Both the position numbers and the translations under genes were made by a program. DNA of 64,000 nt, from NCBI GenBank assembly GCA_900539595.1, contig UQCQ01000008.1:7993-71992 (forward strand). The letters run 5' to 3'. The notes beneath the pieces were generated by a model. That model saw nothing but the letters and a program-made list of their open reading frames with translations, was not told where the DNA came from and did not search any database. The stretch is from an uncultured Mollicutes bacterium (GTDB taxonomy: Bacteria; Bacillota_I; Bacilli_A; RFN20; CAG-826). Below are positions 8,961 through 16,547 of this stretch, one piece after another. Position 1 is the stretch's first letter; every line of letters starts with the position of its first letter.

Positions 8961-9108
8961 GATGATGGAGCCAAAGGAAGCAATTCATTTGGCTAGACCG
9001 TAACGAAGGGGACACCTATCCGGTTTCATTTATGGACTGAGGTAGAGTGCGGGGAAGAAGTCGGGCTCCCACCTATACGGCGGGGAAATACCTCGCTTTT
9101 TATTTTAC
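8961..9108 (+). ncRNA. Conserved structured-RNA-like element, copy 3 (more diverged 5' part)
   Basis: The core TAGACCGTAACGAAGGGGACACCTATC, GTGCGGGGAAGAAGTCGGGCTCCCACC and CGGCGGGGAAATACCTCGCTTTTTATTTT are conserved. The 5' 35 nt are diverged. Confidence 0.5.
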
Positions 9109-9155
9109 CTCAGAAAAAACGGGGGATGACCGTCCCTGTCTATTCCGTTTTATTC

Positions 9156-10079
9156 CTAGTTATGGAACCAACCCGATTCTTGGATTTTTGCTTCTACTTC
9201 TTTTAAGTTTGGTAGGCCATCAATGGCTCCAAAGGACGTTGTATTTAACGCTGCGGCAATATTAGAAAAATAGAGCATCCTTTCAATCTCTTCTTTCTTT
9301 AAGGCGCGGATATCCTTCCCATCATATTGAGAAAGGAAGGCTCCTAAAAAGGCATCCCCTGCTCCGGTCGTATCTACTGGATGCACCTGAATCGAAGGGG
9401 CGTAGTAGCCCCTCCCTTGATAAAGGAGTTTCGAACCTTCTTTTCCTAAAGTAATCAGCACGATTTTATTGGGGAAAGAAGAGACATAATCTTCCCCGAA
9501 TAAGGCGACTTCATCTTCCGAGAATTTAAGAATATCTCCAAGAGGAAGAAATCCGCGATAGATACGGATTGCTTCTTCTTGAGAAGCATAGAGGTCTTCC
9601 CGGTAATTGACATCCATTGAAACGACTTGGCGTCTTTTTTTAGCGGAAGCAATCGCCTGAGATAAGAATTCCCTTCCTCGGGAACTCGCTAGCATCAAGG
9701 TTCCAAAATGCAGGATTGAGGCGGATTCAAAAGCAGGATTTAAAGGGGTAACCAAGCAATCATCCGCGGTGTGTTTCCGGTAGAAGCAAAAAGAACGTTC
9801 TCCGTTCTCTTCATGCTGGACCAAGGCTAGAGTCGTGTTATGGTCGTTATCTACTTGAATATAAGAAGGATCCAATCCCTGTTTTTTTGCCTCTTCTAAG
9901 AGAAAGCTCCCCATCTTGTCGTTACCGACGCATCCATAAAACAAAACGTCAGCCCCGAGTTTACGGGCGGCGACCGCTAGATTAAAGGGAGCCCCTCCCG
10001 CGTAACAGGTGTAGGTTCTTTCCCCGTTGACGTTCTCCCCAATCATATCGACGAGGATTTCTCCGATCACTCCAATCAT
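9156..10079 (-). CDS. PfkB-family carbohydrate kinase (fructokinase-like)
   Basis: 307-aa ORF with GGAPFNLAVAARKLG near the N-terminus and the PfkB signature DTTGAGDAFLGAF near the C-terminus. Confidence 0.85.
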   Translation of the reverse strand: MIGVIGEILVDMIGENVNGERTYTCYAGGAPFNLAVAARKLGADVLFYGCVGNDKMGSFLLEEAKKQGLDPSYIQVDNDHNTTLALVQHEENGERSFCFYRKHTADDCLVTPLNPAFESASILHFGTLMLASSRGREFLSQAIASAKKRRQVVSMDVNYREDLYASQEEAIRIYRGFLPLGDILKFSEDEVALFGEDYVSSFPNKIVLITLGKEGSKLLYQGRGYYAPSIQVHPVDTTGAGDAFLGAFLSQYDGKDIRALKKEEIERMLYFSNIAAALNTTSFGAIDGLPNLKEVEAKIQESGWFHN

Positions 10080-10262
10080 AGGCGTTCTCCTTGGGGATCA
10101 TTATAAAGAAAACAAAATCAACGAGACAGGTAGACGAACTTAAGGCAGCCCGACAAAGAGTTCTAAAATCTTCAAACTCCGTTGCAAGCTCAAAATTATT
10201 TCGAGTTTGCAACGCACTTTTGATATTTTTGGTTGATAAAAAGCTTAGGAGGTCAATCTAGT

Positions 10263-11609
10263 CTATTTCCAGTTGAAGGTAGAAAGGAACTCCTTGATTA
10301 AGAAGGCGCAGAAATGGGGGAAGGTAAGGATATTGGAGTCATAACCAATATTCGCATTGGCGATCTTAATCCCAAATTTAATTTCCTCATAGGAATCGCT
10401 TTGAATTAAGGTAGACAAGGCCTTTGAACGGTTGTTGCCTGCTTTCACCTCGATGGGAACCAAATAGTCTTGGCGACGGACGAAGAATTCTTCTTGAAGA
10501 GAGGAGTTCTTCTTCTTGTAATAGCAAAGGTCGTACCCAGATTTCACCAGAGCTTCCGCGACGATGCTTTCAAAGAAACCGCCTTTATAGACATCGAAAT
10601 TCTTATTTTGGCGAAAATCCATTTGGGCATCGTCGTCTAGTTGAGATAATAGCAATCCGCTGTCCGCGTAATAAAGAACGCAGGAATCATCGTTGACGTT
10701 GCCTTTTAAGGGCAAATGAGGGGTTAGAAGCGCGCGGCAAATAGAAACGATGCCCGCATCTTCCAGCCATTCAAAACAGCCGCGATAATCTTTGAATCGA
10801 GCGCCAGGACGTACTTTCGAAATCTGGAATTTTTTGTTCTCTTTCGCTAGCTGCGAGGGGACGGAACGAAATACGTTCTCGATCCGCCCTTTATCTAGTC
10901 CCACAGCGTATTTACGAATATCCCCTTCATAGCCAAGAACGATTTGGCGTTGAATCTCCAAGGTATTTTCGAACGTTTTTTTAGTAACAAAATCATAGAC
11001 CGCTTCTGGCATTCCCCCAACAATGCAATAATCCAAGAACAAATCATTATAAATTTTTAGCACGCTTGGGCTAAAAGCTCGAAATGCCTTCATGTGGGAC
11101 AAGATGTCCTCTTTGATCGAGTCTCCATACCCCAGAGCCCACAAAAATTCTTCGAAGTCCAAGGATCGCATTTCCACTTCGGTTTTATAGCCAACGCTGA
11201 TGCTAGAAATCTCTTGATAATGGATTCCAAGCAAGGACCCACTGCAAATGACATCAAACCGTCCATCTTGAGCAAAAAATTTTAAGCTCGTCGTCACATC
11301 GGGGAATTCTTGCACCTCATCGAAGAAAATAAGGGTTTTATGAGGGATGAATTTAACGCCCGCCCGAATCCGGGAGATATTTTGAATCACCGCTTCTGGA
11401 GAATATCCATTTTCCACAATTTGTTTAAACGTGGGTTCTTCTGCAAAGTTGATTTCAGCAACGCTTTCGTAATTCTTGTTGGCAAATTGCTGGATGGACT
11501 TTGTTTTTCCAACTTGTCTCGCCCCTTTAATAATCAAAGGCTTATGGCCTGGATTGGCTTTCCAATCAAGCAAATACTTGTCAATCTTACGTCTTAAATA
11601 CTCTTCCAT
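10263..11609 (-). CDS. AAA-family ATPase with DUF4143-type C-terminal domain (COG1373-like)
   Basis: 448-aa ORF with Walker A GARQVGKTKS and Walker B-like LIFFDEVQ. Length and layout are typical of the AAA_14 + DUF4143 family. Confidence 0.75.
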   Translation of the reverse strand: MEEYLRRKIDKYLLDWKANPGHKPLIIKGARQVGKTKSIQQFANKNYESVAEINFAEEPTFKQIVENGYSPEAVIQNISRIRAGVKFIPHKTLIFFDEVQEFPDVTTSLKFFAQDGRFDVICSGSLLGIHYQEISSISVGYKTEVEMRSLDFEEFLWALGYGDSIKEDILSHMKAFRAFSPSVLKIYNDLFLDYCIVGGMPEAVYDFVTKKTFENTLEIQRQIVLGYEGDIRKYAVGLDKGRIENVFRSVPSQLAKENKKFQISKVRPGARFKDYRGCFEWLEDAGIVSICRALLTPHLPLKGNVNDDSCVLYYADSGLLLSQLDDDAQMDFRQNKNFDVYKGGFFESIVAEALVKSGYDLCYYKKKNSSLQEEFFVRRQDYLVPIEVKAGNNRSKALSTLIQSDSYEEIKFGIKIANANIGYDSNILTFPHFCAFLIKEFLSTFNWK

Positions 11610-11669
11610 TGACCAAAATTCCTCCGTTTAGAGTCATTATATATACAAAACATCGATATTATCTAGTGT

Positions 11670-11760
11670 TTATGCAAAAAATGAGGATATTATCAATCAA
11701 TACTTACAAAAAAATGATGATATCAATTTGAAGTATTTACAAAAAAATGAGGATAACTAT
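11670..11760. repeat. Three spaced ~25-bp direct repeats (TTACAAAAAAATGAGGATA-like) upstream of the AAA/DUF4143 gene
   Basis: TTATGCAAAAAATGAGGATATTATCAAT (11670-11697), CTTACAAAAAAATGATGATATCAAT (11703-11727) and TTTACAAAAAAATGAGGATAACTAT (11736-11760). Confidence 0.85.
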
Positions 11761-11968
11761 AGTTTTTAAACAGTTGTTTATTTTTATTTTTTGGGTTTTT
11801 AGGAGAAATGAAACTTTGTCAATATAACAAAGAAAGACCTCCAACCGTCGTTTCAAGGAAAGATAGAAAGTAAAATTGTTCAGTGCTAGTGAACAATTTT
11901 TCTAGAAACACGGAAACGTTTGCTCTATTGAATTTGCGGAAAGGCTCTCTTTTGTTTTAAAAGCACCC

Positions 11969-12589
11969 TCATTCATTTTCATTCATAACTAGTTCCATGA
12001 TTTCGAAAACCGCCTTTTCTATCTTCATGGCTTTCGCATATCGAAATAGTTTCCTTTGGTTTGTATGTCCCGCTGCATACGCTTTTATTGCTTTCACAAA
12101 GGTTTCTCCGTCATATCGGTCCCGATACTTGATAAGATCGCAGATTGTTCTTTCTTTGTCATAAGCCTTGACCCGATTCCCAAACATCGTTGAAACTTCT
12201 TCTATTCCCAGGGAATAAATCTCTTCCTTGGAAATGTTTTGGATGACCAAAAGGGGGAGGGGCTTCCTAAAGGGGTGATAGCCTTGCGGTCCGGTAACAT
12301 AAATGCTTTCGGGAATTTTGTCCATTAGATGGTGGAGATAAAGAGCACTCATGCTAGAGAAGATGTATTGAGGGTAACGAGTTTGAAGAAGCCAATAATC
12401 ATCCACGGCAAAATCAGGGGAAGCATAAAACCCCGGGGCGATTTTCTTCAAGTCCTTCTTTTTAACGAAAGAAGAAAGAAACCAAGAGGGTATCTTTCTT
12501 TCATCCATCTCCCTGCGAGTAATGAATCCTTGATTCCCTTGGTAGATTTCCTCGATGATTTGGTCGTTCGTCATTTCTTCCATTTGCAC
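11969..12589 (-). CDS. AbiEi-family (type IV toxin-antitoxin) antitoxin-like protein, orphan
   Basis: 206-aa ORF. The N-terminal wHTH (GFITRREMDERKIPSWFLSSFVKKKDLKKIAPGFY) and C-terminal KERTICDLIKYRD segment match AbiEi layout. It is paralogous to 55711..56334. No AbiEii nucleotidyltransferase gene lies downstream. Confidence 0.7.
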   Translation of the reverse strand: MQMEEMTNDQIIEEIYQGNQGFITRREMDERKIPSWFLSSFVKKKDLKKIAPGFYASPDFAVDDYWLLQTRYPQYIFSSMSALYLHHLMDKIPESIYVTGPQGYHPFRKPLPLLVIQNISKEEIYSLGIEEVSTMFGNRVKAYDKERTICDLIKYRDRYDGETFVKAIKAYAAGHTNQRKLFRYAKAMKIEKAVFEIMELVMNENE

Positions 12590-12733
12590 ATTATTCTATA
12601 TTTTTTTACTGTGTATTTGGAAGTTTAGAGAGATTGTGTTTCTTTTACATCACGGATGATAAAGGGGATCCTTTCCATTTAAAAACACCCCATATCATCG
12701 ATATTTTTCATTTCCCATTGCGGATAATTTTCG

Positions 12734-12791
12734 TTTTCGGTGCCAAAAATGGCACTGAAATGGCACCGATTGGCACCGATGGCACCGAAAA
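12734..12791. repeat. Word array GGCACCGA (4 direct copies at 9-11-nt spacing) closed by an inverted copy
   Basis: TTTTCGGTGCC aaaaat GGCACTGAAAT GGCACCGATT GGCACCGAT GGCACCGAAAA. The outer 11-nt arms are reverse complements. It lies 145-200 nt upstream of the AbiEi start. Confidence 0.85.
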
Positions 12792-13212
12792 ACGGTTAGG
12801 TACAAGAAAGGTTCGTTTCGGGCAAGGATGGAGCCATCTTTAGCAGGCGCATTCATGTTTCAGCAAATCCTCCATCGAGCCCGTTGAAAATTAGCGTTGG
12901 AATTTCAATGTTTTTTAGAAAATTCCAACGCTATTTGGATGGTTGTGCGAGCGAAAAATGGACCATAGGTAGGAGGCTGATTCGACTTTTATACCCAACC
13001 GAATTATGGCAAATGGTTGGGTGTAAAGTTGGGAATAAAACCGGTGCCAGGATGGAAACCAGCGAAAGTGAAACGTATTGGGGGTCAGAAAGAGTCCGGA
13101 TACAGTTGTGGATCAGCTCTATGATTCCGGAGATAAGCACCACTACTTTTCCAAAACATCGAGTATCTCAAGGCCGTTGGATGCATCGATAAACCCTTTG
13201 TCAAAACTCTTT

Positions 13213-13914
13213 TTATCTATCATCTTCAACAATCTCCAAAATTTCAGTTGGAATGTATCGGCGGATCCGTTCCAAGACCAAATCACGCTTTCCCTTACGG
13301 CTTGCATAGGCAAATAAGGTCCGATAATTGATCACGTATCTCGAACACAAGGTATCTAGGGCGTATTCGATATCGATACCGGAATAGAAAGAATAAAGGT
13401 CTTCGTCACAAAGCAAATCAACGACTAGCTTTTCGATGCTCATCCTCCCATTAGGATCTAAGGGGCCGCGTTTGAATAATTCGATTACATAGATGGCCCC
13501 AGGCCTCCAATAATTCAATTTGTCTTCTTGGTTTGGCCTAAAAAGAACGACACGATTGGGAAAGATCGATTTTAGGGATTCAAAAACAGGGAATAGATAT
13601 TCCTTCTCCACCTCCACGAGATAGGTAGGGGAGCTAATTTGCTGGTTGATGCAAAAATTCAAAGAAGAGGAGCAAAATACGACGTTCTTAGGAGGCAGGG
13701 GAAACGATTTTAAAAGGGCATGGATTTGAGCCATGACCGCGTCTTCATCGAAGGCCAAAACATTGGGATGAGCTTGATAAAAGCCATATCCGTAATTGCC
13801 TAGTTTTTGCTTTTTGACGCTTCGAGATATCGCCATAGGGTACATTCCAACCCGTTGTAATTCTGAAATCGTCACCATCGTATTCATGACTATAGTATAT
13901 GTTATTTTTGCCAA
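13213..13914 (-). CDS. Hypothetical protein, possible N-terminal wHTH (AbiEi-like fold?)
   Basis: 233-aa ORF with no motif I can name with confidence. The N-terminal TISELQRVGMYPMAISRSVKKQKL looks HTH-like. Confidence 0.5.
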   Translation of the reverse strand: MAKITYTIVMNTMVTISELQRVGMYPMAISRSVKKQKLGNYGYGFYQAHPNVLAFDEDAVMAQIHALLKSFPLPPKNVVFCSSSLNFCINQQISSPTYLVEVEKEYLFPVFESLKSIFPNRVVLFRPNQEDKLNYWRPGAIYVIELFKRGPLDPNGRMSIEKLVVDLLCDEDLYSFYSGIDIEYALDTLCSRYVINYRTLFAYASRKGKRDLVLERIRRYIPTEILEIVEDDR

Positions 13915-13991
13915 TTTACAATATTATTGGCATTTATAACAAATAATACCCAATGGAAAACTTAATGGGTTCGAAGGCTTTTTTGCAGGCA

Positions 13992-14633
13992 TTAATGCTC
14001 CAATAAATCTTCCATCGAGCAGTGCAACGCCTTCGATAAATCATAAAGGGTCTCCGCATGGGCTTTATTAATATCGTTCACCCTTTGTTCATATAATTGT
14101 ATCGAACGAATATTCGTATTCGAGAGCCTCGCGAGTTCGCTTTGGGACAATTGATTCGCTTTCCGATAACGCTGGAGTTTGGTTTCTTTTTGACGTTCCT
14201 TCATCTTCGCGTTAATCGCTTCGATGACTCGCGTGATATCCATTTCATGATAGAGGGGATACATCGAGATCCATTCGCTTAAGGGGACGGTGGTTAGAAT
14301 ATCCCTAAAACTACGCGACGACTCAAATTGATATTGGGCAAGGGTCCAGCCCGCCCAATATTCCGGAGTCCGTTCGTAACGATAGACGGGCTTAGGAAAA
14401 TGAAAGTTCGGATAGGATTCTAGAATGACTACTTCTGCCAGTTCATATCCCGATTTCCCCGATATCATCCAGGGATTGCCTTTAGAAAATAAGCGACAAG
14501 CCTCCGATTTATACCATGCAAAACCCAGCTCATCTGGATCGAAGCCACATTCATGGATCGAATAATCCACGAAATTGGCCAATGTTTTCATGGCATCACT
14601 TAGATACAATTCGTTGTAAGCGGGGGTCGCCAT
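13992..14633 (-). CDS. XRE-family HTH protein with ~150-aa N-terminal domain of unknown function
   Basis: 213-aa ORF with a C-terminal HTH_3-like segment LQRYRKANQLSQSELARLSNTNIRSIQLYEQRVNDINKAHAETLYDLSKAL. Confidence 0.7.
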   Translation of the reverse strand: MATPAYNELYLSDAMKTLANFVDYSIHECGFDPDELGFAWYKSEACRLFSKGNPWMISGKSGYELAEVVILESYPNFHFPKPVYRYERTPEYWAGWTLAQYQFESSRSFRDILTTVPLSEWISMYPLYHEMDITRVIEAINAKMKERQKETKLQRYRKANQLSQSELARLSNTNIRSIQLYEQRVNDINKAHAETLYDLSKALHCSMEDLLEH

Positions 14634-14635
14634 TT

Positions 14636-15073
14636 TTAATCTCCTTTCGTAGGATGTCCATCAGGAAGAGGTCGTTGAAATAATTCGAATGCACCTTTGC
14701 ATTTTCTTTTTAGGATTATTTTGAAATCCGAATAGCTTTTGCTTGTGAAATCATAGGTAGCGCAACCACCAGATCGATTAAGCCTCAAAGTCCAAATCAG
14801 CCCAATCTGAACAGGGCGAAAATATTCCATCAATTCTTCATCCTCTTCAAACGTTTCATCCGCGTCGGCAAGCATGTTTTCTAATTCTATTGTCGTGACA
14901 TTCCTTTGATTCTTTTCCATTCGCCTAAAGAATTCGGAAAACAACTTTAGTTTTTCCTTATAAGCATCTTTTTGTTTGATTTTTCTTTTGATTAAAAGAT
15001 CAACGAGCAAAAACAGAATAACGCCGCAAACAATTCTAATTACTAATTCGATTACAATTTCATCCCACTGCAT
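14636..15073 (-). CDS. Small membrane-anchored hypothetical protein
   Basis: 145-aa ORF with one N-terminal hydrophobic helix (VIELVIRIVCGVILFLLVDLLI). Its stop lies 2 nt before the XRE gene start. Confidence 0.5.
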   Translation of the reverse strand: MQWDEIVIELVIRIVCGVILFLLVDLLIKRKIKQKDAYKEKLKLFSEFFRRMEKNQRNVTTIELENMLADADETFEEDEELMEYFRPVQIGLIWTLRLNRSGGCATYDFTSKSYSDFKIILKRKCKGAFELFQRPLPDGHPTKGD

Positions 15074-15206
15074 AAATACAGCCTCCTATATCCTTATTAT
15101 TACATGCGTTTTTTGCAAACTATAACTTGGAGTCAAAATTTCTTAAAAATTTTTCGCCAATGTCTAGTTGCTATAATTAGTTTGTTGAAAAAGGGGTTAG
15201 AAATAT

Positions 15207-16208
15207 ATGAGTGAGAATCTATTCGATTACGCGACCAAAGAATTATCGCAAGACGCTTTTCTTCGCTGGCTTCTCGAAAACTACAACGATCCCATCGTAG
15301 GACCTGCAGCAATCAAGTTACTTCGAAAGTGGATGGGGCTATATCCTGGGCAGGACTTTGATGTTTCTAAAATCACCAAAATTAAAACCTATGCACAGCA
15401 TAAACATATCGATTTAATCGTAGATGTTACCGCGGATAACAACCTCTATTCTTTCATTATCGAAGACAAGACGCGTTCCAGTGAACATGACAATCAACTA
15501 ACCCGTTACAACAAGGTTATCGATTCATGGAAGGATTCAAAATATAAATATAGGGTTTTCTATAAAACGGGTTATGTCGACGAAAACGAATTAGAACAAA
15601 TTAGCAAGCCGGGTTGGAAGTTATTTGGCGTTAAAGAGATTCGCGATACTTTCGAAGAATTCCAAAACTCAGAAAACGACGTTCTTGCTTATTATGCTAG
15701 ATACTGTGACGCCAAATACCAACAGACCACTTCTATATCTACCAAGCAACCTATCGATTGGTGTTTTGAAGAATGGCACACATGGCTCCGATTAGAACTA
15801 ACGCCAAGGATCGACCAGGAATTTAACGGCAAAGTAAAAATGTGGTATTGGACTTACCAAGGAAGATACGCTTCCACGGGCGCTTATTTTGGAGATCTTG
15901 TATTCGGTAAACACGAGCCAGTAATCGAATTCTTCTTTCGGAACGGTGAAACCATCACCGCGAATGTTCACGTTGAAACTCTAGGCGCGTCAGACGATAG
16001 TTGGGATAGAGCTAATATTACCGAACCGTTTTGGCAAGCGTTTAGTCAGCATTTTGACAACGGTGAGCTCCCTTCGTTTAAAAGGCTAAACACCAAACAT
16101 TGCATTGCCAAAATGAAGGAACCCATAGCAAAAGATAATCGAGAAAGCATCTTAGAGAACATGGTCTCAATGACCAGGGAGTTCTACGAATTCTTCCATA
16201 AATTTTAA
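15207..16208 (+). CDS. PD-(D/E)XK nuclease-superfamily protein
   Basis: 333-aa ORF. N-terminal ELSQDAFLRWLL and HIDLIVDV...FIIEDKTRS form a D...E-x-K catalytic-type motif as in the PDDEXK_9-like family. Confidence 0.65.
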   Translation: MSENLFDYATKELSQDAFLRWLLENYNDPIVGPAAIKLLRKWMGLYPGQDFDVSKITKIKTYAQHKHIDLIVDVTADNNLYSFIIEDKTRSSEHDNQLTRYNKVIDSWKDSKYKYRVFYKTGYVDENELEQISKPGWKLFGVKEIRDTFEEFQNSENDVLAYYARYCDAKYQQTTSISTKQPIDWCFEEWHTWLRLELTPRIDQEFNGKVKMWYWTYQGRYASTGAYFGDLVFGKHEPVIEFFFRNGETITANVHVETLGASDDSWDRANITEPFWQAFSQHFDNGELPSFKRLNTKHCIAKMKEPIAKDNRESILENMVSMTREFYEFFHKF

Positions 16209-16547
16209 TTCGCAAAACCGAACGCGTCCACTGCATCCTCCAAAGATTTGCCTTCCGCTAACAGGCCAGACACATGCTTGCTAAAATTGTCCATGCAGGT
16301 TTCCTTTCAAGTTTTGTACACAATAACATGTAACAGAAATCCTGTTTTTTTCGTGACCTCCTTCGCCCCCTAGGGGCCCCATTCCAGGATAAACAGAACG
16401 GAGGTGGATCAGGTCAAATCCACACAATTCCGGATGCCCCAACATATGGCGCACTATTTCCAAAGGGATATGCAATGGGATTCCAGAGATCGAAATAGGG
16501 TCGGACAGGAAGGGGTCCACGAAGTCTTAACCATATTCAATCAAGTA

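Noticed and set aside
9100-9150. Possible terminator for the sugar kinase gene (ACGGGGGA...TCCCTGT next to an A-run)
   Set aside because: On the minus strand the stem acquires A-C mismatches where the + strand has G-T wobbles, leaving only ~3 solid pairs. That is too weak to report.
12634-13192. ORFs 12634..12843, 12884..13192 and 12931..13143
   Set aside because: The first merely translates the GGCACCGA word array. The others span a 12-bp-arm hairpin (12894-12905 / 12920-12931) and a relic of an XRE C-terminus. No coherent protein results.
16281-16520. 79-aa minus-strand ORF and 66-aa + ORF in the gap between the PD-(D/E)XK gene and the Hint-domain gene
   Set aside because: There is no RBS or recognisable motif. 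It is possibly debris of a decayed gene, but I cannot support a call.
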